The notes under the pieces are model-generated. The model saw only the letters and a list, made by a program, of their open reading frames with translations. It did not search any database and had not been told where the DNA came from. 64,000 nucleotides of DNA, taken from NCBI GenBank assembly GCA_002633005.1, contig NMRA01000658.1, forward strand, positions 80,378 through 144,377, read 5' to 3'. The position numbers and the translations under genes were made by a program. This stretch comes from Phoronis australis. Lineage: Eukaryota; Animalia; Phoronida. Shown here one piece after another: positions 46,487-59,277 of this stretch (positions are counted from its first letter, which is position 1; each line of letters opens with the position of its first letter).

Positions 46487-47275
46487 ATGACAATGCTATC
46501 GTTCACATTCATTGGTTTCCTAGTGTGGGGGATTGCTTGTTTGATTGGTGCACTATGCATGGTGTGTCTGCGGTCAACGCCAAGCAATGGTTTGTGCCTA
46601 GTATATTTTCAGTACCTGTGCGCTCATGTTGCGTTCACGCCAATTGTACTCATAAATGAAACCACAACCAATGTGTTGACCAAGAGAATTCTCTCCATGA
46701 TACAGGATATGATACTAGCCTTTGCTGCTCGCTGTTACATACACGTTGGCTGCGTGATTTGGTTTAAGTACAGGCAACCCATTCACATAATGGTGACTCT
46801 TATGGAATGGACAACGATGCTGTTGCTGTGGATAGCCATTCCTGTGCTGCATTTTATTGCCGAAACTCCACAGGTGTCTCAGTATGTTTATGCGTCATAC
46901 TACACGTTAGCTGCATTGTTCGCCTATGTGGCTATTGCCAGGGAAATGTGGCTTGCCGTCTATGGCCACAACTCGCCAGCCTATGCTGAAGGAATCAATG
47001 CATCGAGCATATTTGCCGGATCATCTCGCCTACTTTTCACAACACTTGGCCTGATTGGTGGAACATGGGGAATGATTGACTGGATTCTAATCATACTAAG
47101 TGCATTTGGAGTGGCTATATGGGAAGCGTCATTTCTAAGCCGGTTATTCGACTCGCTGTTCTACGTACCACCTGTTGTGCTGTATATCATTTGGTGGGAC
47201 TGTCCAGTTAATGTGCAGTTAAGTGACAAGCCAAGCAGAGCAGCAGATGAGCATACCTTTGTCGTTGGACAGTAA
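46487..47275 (+). CDS. Orphan multi-pass (about 7TM) membrane protein, paralog A, 262 aa from first ATG
   Basis: Long stop-free hydrophobic ORF; acceptor TTTGTTTCAG at 46420; colinear similarity to 55592-56719. Confidence 0.8.
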   Translation: MTMLSFTFIGFLVWGIACLIGALCMVCLRSTPSNGLCLVYFQYLCAHVAFTPIVLINETTTNVLTKRILSMIQDMILAFAARCYIHVGCVIWFKYRQPIHIMVTLMEWTTMLLLWIAIPVLHFIAETPQVSQYVYASYYTLAALFAYVAIAREMWLAVYGHNSPAYAEGINASSIFAGSSRLLFTTLGLIGGTWGMIDWILIILSAFGVAIWEASFLSRLFDSLFYVPPVVLYIIWWDCPVNVQLSDKPSRAADEHTFVVGQ

Positions 47276-47393
47276 GTCCTCCAAGCAAAACAGTGGATGA
47301 GCATACCTTTGTCGTTGGACAGTAAGTCCTCCAAGCAAAACAGCAGATGAGCATACCTTTGTCCTTGGACAGTAAGTCTTCCAAGCAAAACAG
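47241..47393. repeat. 50-bp tandem triplication spanning the stop codon of paralog A
   Basis: Unit CAGCAGATGAGCATACCTTTGTCGTTGGACAGTAAGTCCTCCAAGCAAAA at 47241, 47291 and 47341. Confidence 0.95.
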
Positions 47394-47896
47394 TGTTTCA
47401 TGCAAATGAACGGGTGGAATAGGTGGATTTTGAGGCTCAGGCTAACAGGATCATCGATGAAGTAACAAAGAGAATTTTACATTGTGATGCAACACTGGAC
47501 AGAACTGGTGACGTGGCATTGTGATGTTCACTGGAAAGAACTGGTGACGTGGCATTCTTCTGGCCATGAATATTTGGCAGAAACAAACGTATTTATAACT
47601 AAGTGGTTCTACTAGTCATACTGTAGTTACACTGGTCATAACGCCACATTTCCAGAGATGTACACTTTAACGTCTTGTTCAATTCAATGAAATATTGCCA
47701 TTGTATGAAAACAGCGCTGTAAATCAGGTGACATTAACATAATTATGTTGTCATAAATGAGTGCCCAGTTTCTGAGGAAACACCTTGTTTTCTGATTGGG
47801 TTCAGTTTAAACTATATTGGCCCTGTTCAGCTGCTTCAAACGAAAATGGAATAAGGCGTTTTACTTATAAATTTGTAATATCCCTGAGTGTAATAG

Positions 47897-48231
47897 CAGG
47901 GCCCTCAATCACGGGAGGGGAAATGTGCCTGTGCCTTCTGAGAAGGGAATTTTTTAGGGTTAGGGGAAAAATTACCCCCCCCCCCCCCATCACTAGCAAT
48001 CAATAGCAGCACCTCCCCCCCACCCCTGTTGCAAGCTCTGCCTCAAGTAGATAAAACTAGTCTTTTGTGCTCTTTCAAATTGTAGTCTGTGTGAGCTACC
48101 TTGAGGGAATTTTTCAGTCACTTGAGGGGAATATTTGGGCCTTATGAGAGGAATTTTGTGTGTTTGTTCAATATTTTGAGAGGGGTTTGGGGCTTATGCT
48201 CAACCCCAAACTCGATGGATTGAGTGCCCTG
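47897..48231. mobile_element. MITE; a second family copy lies at about 15954-16262
   Basis: TIR CAGGGCCCTCAATC / GATTGAGTGCCCTG; internal similarity to the 16-kb copy. Confidence 0.6.
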
Positions 48232-49489
48232 TGTAGTAATGTATTTCTATTAGCCAAAAGAACATCAAAACTATCAAGAAAGGGCTTCTGAGCTTTTTGG
48301 GGTTGGCCAACCCTAAAATTGCAAAACAAGAAATGTTCATGTACGCGTTGCCTGTGACTTGAATTGCTGGCTCATTTGGTAACAATTGAAAATCTGATAA
48401 GTATGGGATGTTATAAGGTACTTCGATTAAGAGTTCAACATTGACAGCTGAACAGTTGCCAAATACCCCTTAAATTACTTGCCTATCTTCAATGGTGACA
48501 CCTGTAAATTGGGTTCCTACAGTATGTTAAGAGCATCGCTCTGGTCCAGCTAGTGCCTTAATTGCCAAATGTAGGGTGAGCAAACGAATATGGCCGGAAT
48601 TCAGCAAGAGCAAAATTTTGCCATTTTTCATGATTTTCACAAGGTCACATCTGTTAGGATACTAAATGACATAAAATGAAAAGTGTGCCAACAGAATATT
48701 TGAACTTTCTCCTTTCTATTAATATCTATTAAAGCAAATTGGGGCAATGATGAATATTTTTAAAAATTAAAGTAATGCAAGCACTTCGTAAATTGCTCAC
48801 CTACTGCTAATTTTTTGTGATTTTAAGTGGGGGTCAGACTTTTTGCTGCTGGATGGCCGTTTCTGAATCGATTCCTATGATTTTGATATCAAAGGATTCG
48901 TGAGAAATTTCTGCAATCAACCCTGAGTGTATACTTTTAATTTTTTTGATAAAAATATTAGAAAAATTAATTTTTACACTTTAGCACCTCCTAAGTTCCC
49001 GACCTGAAATTTTTTTAAAAGTGTATCCTCAATGTCATCATCAACAATCTTATCCTAACCCATTTCAATTAAAATTTAATCACTTGATAAAGCAAGATTT
49101 AGGCAGAAGTAGCATAATGATTGTGGTCTTATTTTTCTGAAGTGATTTTAGAGGTCCATGTTTTCGAAAAGGAAGTCACCTGAAATGGTATGGGATGTTT
49201 TACCCAGTGCCACCTAGTGTTGGCATTGAAGCTCAAGTTTCAATGAGTCTGGTGTAGACCAGCAACCCCTTTGTAAATATCTGGTTCTAGTCAATCTAGT
49301 TTTGAAGACTTCTGACTTGTCATAAAATTTATATATTGTTTAACTGTTACTTACATTTTTGTTACGATGCTAATCCTCTATACCCTGTATTGCTTGTTGC
49401 TACACTGTTAAGTACGTGTTGGGTTAGCCATGGCGCAAAGTTGTGTTCATACAAATATACAAGCTGTATTTGTTATTCAGTATTACGCA

Positions 49490-49820
49490 GCTAGCTAATG
49501 GTAGGCCAGCCTAGCTAATGGCAGGCCAGCCTAGCTAATGGCAGGCCAGCCTAGCTAATGGCAGGCCAGCGTAGCTAATGGCAGGCCAGCCTAGCTAATG
49601 GTAGGCCAGCCTAGCTAATGATAGGCCAGCCTAGCTAATGGCAGGCCAATCTAGCTAATGGCAGGCCAGCCTAGCTAATGGCAGGCCAGCCTAGCTAATG
49701 GCAGGCCAGCCTAGCTAATGGCAGGCCAGCCTAGCTAATGGCAGGCCAGCCTAGCTAATGGCAGGCCAGCCTAGCTAATGGCAGGCCAGCCTAGCTAATG
49801 GCAGGCCAGCCTAGCTAATG
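49490..49820. repeat. 20-bp minisatellite, about 16 copies
   Basis: Unit CTAGCTAATGGCAGGCCAGC. Confidence 0.98.
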
Positions 49821-50548
49821 ATATGCCAGCCGTTGCCATTGCTACATGTTGTTGTTGCTGCCACTTGTTGCAAGAAATGTGAGTCAATTATTTTATTGTA
49901 AAAGTTCAGAAATTTAGGACACAATATGGCAGCCAGTTGAATTTTTCTCATTTTTCGAAAAAAAATAATGCTTTTCCTCAAAAGCTCTGTACCACAGATA
50001 CCAATACCTCTAGACAATAATTAAAAAAATAAGCATTCACGACTATGTTTGAAGCCCTTGAAGAGTGAAAATGGTCAGTTTTGTAATTTGTTAATTATTG
50101 CTATTTGGAACTGGTGTTCAGCTGTTTGCTAGGATCTTATGGATTTTGAAGCCTGACTGTTTGTAATGTTAATTTCTAAGTTCGACCATATTTACACTTT
50201 TTTATCAGTTGTAACTTGTGTTCAGTACTGTTGTAAAATGTGTTATTGCTTTTTAATGAGAGGTTTGACAATCCTGTATTTTGCTGCTCAATAGACAACT
50301 GACACTATGACCTTTCACGTTACAGAGTTCCATGCTTAGCGTAACGTCAACTCATCAAAGGTGACTTGGTAAAATTTCCAGGTAGCCAGGTAGCAAAACA
50401 AGGAAAACTGGTACTTTGGGATTTGTGAAGGTCCTGGCCCCTACAACAATGCATCGCCTGGATGGTGTTTTTTAGGTGAAAGGAAAATTGTGTCTTGTGT
50501 ACTCACGACACCAATATCCCATGCAGGCTGACCAATTTGGCCAAATGA

Positions 50549-50761
50549 TTCCTACGTTTGTATGTTTACTTCCTACATGTGTATGGTGACTTCCTACGTT
50601 TGTATGTTTACTTCCTACATGTGTATGGCGACTTCCTACGTTTGTATGTTTACTTCCTACATGTGTATGGCGACTTCTTACATTTGTATGTTTACTTCCT
50701 ACATGTGTATGGTGACTTCCTACGTTTGTATGTTTACTTCCTACATGTGTATGGCGACTTC
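50549..50761. repeat. 42-bp (21+21 dimeric) minisatellite, about 5 copies
   Basis: Unit TTCCTACGTTTGTATGTTTAC-TTCCTACATGTGTATGGYGAC. Confidence 0.96.
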
Positions 50762-52125
50762 GTGGCAATCTGGGATTTTCACTAGACCCTACAATACTTA
50801 ACAATGGATATATGCCTTATGCCTTTGTGTACTGCATGTCACCTTTGTTAACATGAAGAGGATAGTAAAAACCTGAATTAAGTCATCAAAAATGTTTTAT
50901 TTAGATGAATTTCCTCCAAATCTAAACTTTGCTAAATGAGAAATGGTTTCTTGGTTTTGGTAGAACTAATTGTTTAGCAGTACTTTGGACCATGCTTGGC
51001 TCATAAAATGGCACACCATGACAAGCTGATTTATCGAATCTAATCTAAAATAATAATGCTTTTCGAGTCCAGGAATCGCTATGATTTGGGTACAGTAAGG
51101 TACAAGGTAGGACCAGGGTCTGGTCTCCAATCTCCGTACTCAGACTCATACTCATACTCGAGATTTCATACTCAAAATCGTGCGCACTGGAGTCGTACTC
51201 AAAAAAGCGTATCTAATGTCGTATTTCGAGTAGACTCCAAACGTACTCAAATCTGACACTCATACTCGAGTTGCTATGGAACCCTTTATGATGTGAAATG
51301 CAAAATCACTCAAAGCTGCGCTGATTCATCGCTCGCTATTGGAATAGACCACCCAAAGAACTATGCCTACATTATCGTCTGCTATCGCTAAAACTACAAG
51401 TGTATGTCTATAACGTGGAATTCTGAGTGTTCTGTAACTGTTATTCATTTTTTTTGGTTTGAATAAATATTCTTATGCTATTTCTTTGATACATTTGGCA
51501 ATTATTAAGCTTTACTTCTTGAGTTCCTCACCCAGTCCCGAAAATGTCTTGAGAAATATGTAACAGCTTATCATATCACATCTCTGTTGCTAATTTAGTC
51601 TTGACATAAAACCCATTGCTGTGTAGGCCTACGCTGATGACAAACTTTGATACTGTATCTTTGTATTTTACCGGGATGTATCAAGTGAGTTGACATTTGG
51701 CACGTGAGTTAAAAAACAATACTTGTGCAAGCATTCAGAGTTCACCAGTGGCAGTGAACGGGACGAGACATCTACTTAGAAAATCGGCAAACAAAATCTG
51801 GAATTCCATTTGGGGATTGAGGAATTATAGATGACTAAGTTATGATGAGAAATGTACCTGACAGGGAAGCGAACTGTTTTTAACTTCCCTCCCCTCCTCG
51901 TCTTTTGGAAACCCTACAAAACGTAGGCACACATACCGAAATAAGGGCAGCACAAACTTCTCACACGACTTTTCCCACAACTGCTTTCGACGCTTGTTAT
52001 GACTCGCCGACAAGGGATTACAATGCGCCTGTTGCCAGGAATTGTAGAGGTAGAATGGCAGCCATAACATACAGTGATACGGCGGGTTAATAAGGTGAAG
52101 AATAAGAAGATTTAAGATGAAAACT

Positions 52126-52819
52126 NNNNNNNNNNNNNNNNNNNNNNNNNNNNNNNNNNNNNNNNNNNNNNNNNNNNNNNNNNNNNNNNNNNNNNNNNNN
52201 NNNNNNNNNNNNNNNNNNNNNNNNNNNNNNNNNNNNNNNNNNNNNNNNNNNNNNNNNNNNNNNNNNNNNNNNNNNNNNNNNNNNNNNNNNNNNNNNNNNN
52301 NNNNNNNNNNNNNNNNNNNNNNNNNNNNNNNNNNNNNNNNNNNNNNNNNNNNNNNNNNNNNNNNNNNNNNNNNNNNNNNNNNNNNNNNNNNNNNNNNNNN
52401 NNNNNNNNNNNNNNNNNNNNNNNNNNNNNNNNNNNNNNNNNNNNNNNNNNNNNNNNNNNNNNNNNNNNNNNNNNNNNNNNNNNNNNNNNNNNNNNNNNNN
52501 NNNNNNNNNNNNNNNNNNNNNNNNNNNNNNNNNNNNNNNNNNNNNNNNNNNNNNNNNNNNNNNNNNNNNNNNNNNNNNNNNNNNNNNNNNNNNNNNNNNN
52601 NNNNNNNNNNNNNNNNNNNNNNNNNNNNNNNNNNNNNNNNNNNNNNNNNNNNNNNNNNNNNNNNNNNNNNNNNNNNNNNNNNNNNNNNNNNNNNNNNNNN
52701 NNNNNNNNNNNNNNNNNNNNNNNNNNNNNNNNNNNNNNNNNNNNNNNNNNNNNNNNNNNNNNNNNNNNNNNNNNNNNNNNNNNNNNNNNNNNNNNNNNNN
52801 NNNNNNNNNNNNNNNNNNN
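52126..52819. other. Assembly gap (694 N)
   Basis: Run of N, followed by a poly-C MITE end (CCCCCCCTAAATCCGCCTATG, about 52990). Confidence 1.
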
Positions 52820-54175
52820 CCCCCCCCCCCCACCCCCCAACACTAAAACTAAACAAATTTAAATCTTTTTTCATCCGTATAATATTAATTACTGGGGTTA
52901 ATTAATAAACTCAACATTTCCCTACGCTCTTGCTGTTTTATTTTTTTGCGGCAGCCAAGAGGGGGCCCTGGGCCCCCCCTAAATCCGCCTATGCAACTGC
53001 AGTGGTGGAACACAGGATACGGGCATCACTCAAGTACATGAAGAATCAGACGGTGAATTTGATTTCCCACTTAGCGAACTTTCCTCGGTTTTGAGGCTGC
53101 ATGAACTCGACCCACCTGCACAAAATACGCTGCAGACATATGTGAGCCACAACCAACTGAACCATGGGGTGGTCAATTTTTACGAAATAGAAACTGACAA
53201 AGGTCAAAGCAAACCTGGGTCACTCGTATTTTGCTATTGCCATGATCGAATAAGCCCACATTCCAAACACAATGCTTAAGCCTACATGTACGTGTTGTAA
53301 CACTCAATCTGGGCTGGGGAATGCCATCACTCACCCTAAAATGGGAGCAGTTGATTCGTTATTTATAAAATTTGCAAATACACTTGCAAGGTGGCGAGTC
53401 ATCGTAACGCCGTTTTTGTTTTTGGTTGAAACACGATTCCTTGAAATGTACCGAACAAAGTATGTCTGAAAAAGGTGGCTCTCTGTGGACTTTCCTCACA
53501 ACTCCTCAGTATCGCACTGGTAAAAACAACAAGGGCGAAGACAGTCTTCCACCCGTTATGTAATTTTTGTCTCGTTTCTAAGCAATAGACCTGTATACTA
53601 AAGGCTATTAAATCTCTTAAGATGTATTTATAAAATTCTTTTTGAGACACAAGATCATGGTGGGAACTCTTTAAATCAAGCAAACCTGCCTTCTGATTAG
53701 CAATTTGTTTTCAAAATATTTGTTGGATTGTGGCACCTGATAATTTTAAGTCCACGAAATTGTGTTTGGCATCTGGGTAGTTAACATTTTTTTCTCTAAT
53801 TGGACATTAATCATTGGAATTTAAATATTTTAGCTATACACTGGTAATAAATCAATAGCCTGACTAAATATTTGCAAATCTTACTGAAGTGCAAATTAAA
53901 GAGGCATTAAAAGAAAAGCAAATAATTTGTGGAACTAAGAATAAGTCTCCTTTGAAAACAAAACTGCAGCTGAACTGTGCCGGTGTAATGGCATGTTTGT
54001 TCTACTGTCAGTAATAGTCAGGGTTAATGTCCACATTCATCTTAAATCCACCCAAGAAATTTACAAATTTTGTTCTAAGCTGAAAATGGGCTAGCTTCCA
54101 GCCAACCACCAATTTATAAGATGGACTTCTTCAAAGGCTTGGTGTCTTTATACATAACTGCTCATCTCACACGAA

Positions 54176-54462
54176 TTTCAGCTCCCAAAATGTGCCAAGT
54201 CCGCTTACCTTTGAGCAAGTAATAGTCAGATTTTCAGCTCCCAAAATGTGCCAAGTCTGCTTACCTTTGAGCAAGTAATAGTCAGATTTTCAGCTCCCAA
54301 AATGTGCCAAGTCTGCTTACCTTTGAGCAAGTAATAGTCAGAGTTTCAGCTCCCAAAATGTGCCAAGTCTGCTTACCTTTGAGCAAGTAATAGTCAGATT
54401 TTCAGATCCCAAAATGTGCCAAGTCTGCTTACCTTTGAGCAAGTAATAGTCAGAGTTTCAGC
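54176..54462. repeat. 56-bp tandem repeat, about 5 copies
   Basis: Unit CAGCTCCCAAAATGTGCCAAGTCTGCTTACCTTTGAGCAAGTAATAGTCAGATTTT. Confidence 0.96.
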
Positions 54463-55591
54463 GACACCTTGCCTTATTCACTTGCCTGCTATGTTTTACT
54501 TGCTTTACTTGCCTGCTATGTTTTACTCCTGCACAAAATCCTTCAACACTTTTACATTTACCCAAACTGACCATTCAGGTAAAATGCCCAGCCCAGACTT
54601 CTCAAGAATTTTGTTTTTAAACATTTGTGCTCATCTAAATGATATCACATGATTTTTTAGTTTCTCAAAATTTAAACTGACTAGTTTTAAAGTGTTACTT
54701 GTGTATTATTCTTCATTGTTTGCGAGTCCAGTGAATGTAAATATTTAGGATGACACTGAGAAGTGAAAAACATACAAACAGTCCATATATTAATCATTTA
54801 GACTTTTAAAGCTATTTTATTTGCAATGTGGTAACACCACTGACATCACATTTATTCTTGTCAGGCCAAATGTTGATCCACAAATTTTAATTTAGTTGTT
54901 AACTGTTATATACACAGTAACTCCCTTTTTTCTACCTTTCAGACCGGTCCACTAATAATTTCTTAGAGCAAGGCTACATTCTTCAAAAATGTCAAATGCT
55001 CACAATCTTTAAAATAAATTGGCAAAATTGTGCTGACCAGATTTAAAATGTTTGCCACTTCTTGACCTGTTACTAGTTAGATGCAGTGTTCTGTTTCTCA
55101 GCAAATTAAATAAAGAGAGTACACAATGTTATCAGTACCGAAAAAAGATGTTTATCATTCTACCAAAGAAAAATTGCTCCCATGAATGTGGAAGGTATAA
55201 AAGCATATAATTTTACATTAGAATTAAACATGACATCTAACGCTGCACAAATTAAAATAGAAATGTCCAGACACTGATTATAAATTAAACACTGTTTAAA
55301 CACAACATTTAATCTTGAGCGTGGGATGAAAGCAAGCAGTGCCAGACAATTGATGTATGAGCCGTGAGCCTTAGGACATGTGTTTGAACAAGAGCTCCTA
55401 AAAGGAGGTTGTTATTCTTGGATAAACACTCACACCCATTTACCCAAACTCTGTAAGACACCTTAAAAACAAATAACACACCCAACATGTGCAGTTGCAG
55501 TTGAGCCACCAAGGGACAGGGACTTCATTTCTAAAAGTCTGTCACACATAGAGTCAGCTATCATAAAGCAACGGCTGACCCCTAACTGGAC

Positions 55592-56719
55592 ATGGCTAAT
55601 GACACAATACCTGTACCAGACTGGAATGAAACGTGGTCTCTAACACGAGGTGGATACTTTGCTTGGCTGTCAGCAAGTGTATTGGCAAGCTTGTGTTTGG
55701 TCGTCTTCAGGTCACGCCCCAGTAATGGACTTGGCAATATTCTCATTCAATTTTTTGTGGCTGAAATGGTTTCCATCGCATTGTGGATGACCTCAGATGG
55801 TCTGAATTTAACAAGTCGTGAGCCACTACTACACTCGGTGATGCTGTGGTGGCAAGCAATGATTGTCGTGTTTGAAGTGGGAGTTTTCGTGCGCCTGGCA
55901 GCAGCACTTGGATTCAAGCGAAAACCTGCTACAAAAGGATTGACTATACTCTCCTGGGTGATGACTGTGTTAATGATACTAGCTACAACTTCTCTGTACT
56001 TTTTCCAGATTGTCAAAGTGGCATATTATGCCATCATTGCCTATTATTCTCTGGGAATATTATTTTTGTGGCTTGTCGTTGTGAGGGACTGGTTTCAGGC
56101 TACATGTGGCTCACCAAAAAGTAAGAAACCTACAATCAAAGCAAAGAGCGTATTTGCTGGTCTTGGTAGCAAGGCCTTTACGACAATTGGCCATTTGGGA
56201 ATTCTTGCAGCCATAGCAAGTTTCATCATCGTGACACTTGGCACACTGGAATTTAAAATATGGCGCTACACATTTCTTGCATGCCTGATTGGTTCAGTGC
56301 TGTTTGTCCCATTGTTTGTCACTTTCATAATCTGGGCCGATTGTCCTGCAAACATTAAGATGTTGGGCATTGCTGATGACTTGGCTGACGATGTTTTGAA
56401 GTTAGCACATCATTTTGAAATGAATAAGGAGTTGGGCTTGAAAGCAGGCAACGCAGAGAATTCTTCTGTGGCTCTAGGCGAAGCAGCTGCTGGTCCTTTG
56501 GAATCTGGAGCTCATGAGTCCGAAGCAGATTCTGATGCACTCCCGGCAGCACCAGAGATAATAGTGGATTCCCAAGATGAAGCTATCAACAACTCCATGC
56601 CTGAACTTGACCAAAAGGACCAGGCACATCTTATCAGTGGAGAGGATGAAAGTGCTTCAAAACATGTATCAGAAGATAACTTGGCATACCAAAGCGAATT
56701 GTTGAAGTTTGCTGCTTAA
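55592..56719 (+). CDS. Orphan 7TM membrane protein with acidic C-tail, paralog B, 375 aa
   Basis: Good start context (GACATGG); N-terminal sequons NDT/NET; seven hydrophobic segments; acidic low-complexity tail of about 120 aa. Confidence 0.88.
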   Translation: MANDTIPVPDWNETWSLTRGGYFAWLSASVLASLCLVVFRSRPSNGLGNILIQFFVAEMVSIALWMTSDGLNLTSREPLLHSVMLWWQAMIVVFEVGVFVRLAAALGFKRKPATKGLTILSWVMTVLMILATTSLYFFQIVKVAYYAIIAYYSLGILFLWLVVVRDWFQATCGSPKSKKPTIKAKSVFAGLGSKAFTTIGHLGILAAIASFIIVTLGTLEFKIWRYTFLACLIGSVLFVPLFVTFIIWADCPANIKMLGIADDLADDVLKLAHHFEMNKELGLKAGNAENSSVALGEAAAGPLESGAHESEADSDALPAAPEIIVDSQDEAINNSMPELDQKDQAHLISGEDESASKHVSEDNLAYQSELLKFAA

Positions 56720-57279
56720 GCAAACTCAATGTTGATCTATAGAATAGTTATGGACAGTGACTACGCCATATAATAGCCGGAGCAATTTAGATCTAAATAG
56801 TGACTTTTAAATTACATTGACATAGAAGCAAAGGAGGTCTCATTTTGGTGAGGCACCTCAGTTAGACATTTGAGTTATAGATGAACGTGTTCATTTAATG
56901 TGCTTTCAAAAGAATCGGCACTCCTCAAGCTTGAGCAGCACATACTGTATCAAATAGTTTACAAACATTTCAAAAATTTACAGTGTAATTTTAAAATTGC
57001 ATGGATTGAGTTATCAGTTAAGTTCTATATTGATTTATGTTTTCTTATCCTCACACAGTGGGGCTCAAAACATTTTATCAGCAGTATTTTTTCAGTTGTC
57101 AAAATAAATATTTTTTCTACAAAAATGAGCTAGCAGCAACCACAAAGGCGATAAAATAGGGTGCATTTAATCTAGTTACGTACTTTTTTATTACATTTCC
57201 ACATAACATAAGTATTTCATTCAGATGTTCAGTCCAACTTGTGTGATCTTTGTATAAACAAATGTGAAAGTCCAATGTA

Positions 57280-58410
57280 AACAACAGCAACGCAATGCTT
57301 GACAATAATAAAAATGGCCACTAGGTGGTGTAGAATAGTCCTTGAAGAATTAGTTGCCATCTTATTACTATTCACGTACTGTAGGAATACAAATGTCATA
57401 TTTCAGAAAGCTGTTGTCACATCTGGCAGAATGTACCACTCGCCGCATTCATAGAAAAACACTTGCAAAATTTAACAAAAAAGTCATGTAGGAGATACGG
57501 CTGCAAACAAAAAAAACTGCCACTAGGGGGTGTCGCAGTAGTAGGAACCGACCGAAAATCACCATCAGCTGTGTTCTTCTCAGCTGGAAGTCATAGATCT
57601 GCCGATTTTAATGACGATCTTTGGAGTGGTTTGGCAAATCTGCCACTAGAGAAATGGATGCAAAGACAGATTCATAAATAATGAAATATAATGTGGTCAC
57701 AAGGTAGTGCAGAATATGACGAATCTATCCAAATATTGTCTCTTTAATACAAACCAATTTTCAAAATTTTGTGAAAATCTGTCCAGGTACTCTGAAGATA
57801 GAGGTAAATGTAAAAAATAAAATTGCCAGTAAGGCACAGTGATGTGCATTATTTGTTTTCACATTCATAAGAGAACACTTGCAAACTTTGCAAAGATCTT
57901 CCAAGGATGTACTAGTAAGGAGACGCAAAAATGAAATTACCAAGGGATGCCACAGAAGTCGGGTTCTTCTGTAAATCAACTTGAACATCTGTTTAGAAGT
58001 CACCTCAGCAGAAACACATTTGCCAATCTTCAAGCTGGTTGTTAAGTACTAGCCGAGGGGCAGACGCCAAAAACAGACTCAAAAATAATAAAAATGGCCA
58101 CCAGGTGGCAGAGAAAATATTGAATCTGTCAAGAAGTGTGCAGGCGAAGCTGGTTCTTTAATAAAAACATATTTGCCACGTGTCACGTAAATCCACCAGA
58201 TACCAAGGGAAATAAAAAATAAAATTGTCAGTAGGGGCAGGCAGTAGTCCGATTAGTCTGAAAATCGCTGTCAACTGTCGTCAGCTTCATAGGAACACGT
58301 CTACCAACTACCAAGTCTCATTAAGATTCTGCTGAAATACAGCAGCGTATGTCCCGATATGACCACAATATGCACCCACATATTAGTATGTATGGTGTCT
58401 CACCAATTTA
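57280..58410 (+). mobile_element. HINE/Helentron-like repeat, same family as 16.8-18.3 kb and 25.8-27.3 kb
   Basis: Repeated AAAATGGCCACTAGGTGG / AATTGCCACTAGGGGG cores; 3' end CCCACATATTAGTATGT resembles the family hairpin. Confidence 0.55.
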
Positions 58411-58669
58411 AAACACGGGCAGGCGGACGCACAGGTGAAATCCTATTTCCTCATTTTTACATGAATGATGTGCTAAAATAATGTGGAGCAGTATTCAATC
58501 TGTGTACCACAGCTACCAAGAGAAAATAATTTGAAAAAGTGTGTCCATGTACAACAATTTTTGAAGTTATTGAAAATGAAAGTATTTTTGACTGAATTTG
58601 GTGAGATTTCGGTGGGTGCATAAAATAGAAAATTTGTCAGTCCAAAAACAGTACTAGTAGTTCATTCTG

Positions 58670-58917
58670 GGGCCTGTTCCAAGAAACTGACTTAAGTTCA
58701 TTTTTGACTTAAGTCTAAGATTTGTCTTAACTTCCGAACTTTGAAACTTCCACATTTGAAAAGTTGGTCAAAATTAAGACAAAACTTAGGTCATACACAT
58801 AAGTCAAACTTAAGATCTTTTTCTTCATTTGGTTTTGAGACAAATTCAACTTTTATTTTAAAATTTACTAAAATTTAAGATTTGTCTTAGCTAAGTCAGT
58901 TTTGTTGGAACGGGCAC
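58670..58917. mobile_element. PIF/Harbinger-like MITE with 3-bp TSD
   Basis: TIR GGGCCTGTTCCAAGAAACTGACTTA / TAAGTCAGTTTTGTTGGAACGGGCAC; CTG on both flanks; internal CTTAAG motifs. Confidence 0.7.
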
Positions 58918-59277
58918 CTGGTCTTTACCACTCATCAATTTCAGCCATGGTCTCGTGGGTTTTTGAAAACCTGCACAAAGGCAAGGTTTGAATTGAAATG
59001 CCCGAGGCAAATCTGGAGCATAATGTGTGCTAGCCTCAGTTGGAATTTTGTTTTTGAAAAAGCAAACAACTAAAAAATCTGCACCGCTGTAGACGGGTTA
59101 CCAAACAGCACCATACTAGTTTGCCGAAATATGATATTTGATCATTTCCATTTGAAAACTATGGTGGTGTCTGGTAAAAATAACAAATCAGTAAACAATG
59201 GAAAATCGTGATTACTAGTGCCTGTGTTCAAAATGTGAGCCTCCAGGGATGATAAAGCAAAGGTGACGTATATTGAA

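Noticed and set aside
50472-50804. His/Tyr-rich repetitive ORFs
   Set aside because: Translations of a 42-bp minisatellite; no splice or start support.
51840-52905. ORFs of 243-344 aa
   Set aside because: Artefacts of translating the N gap.
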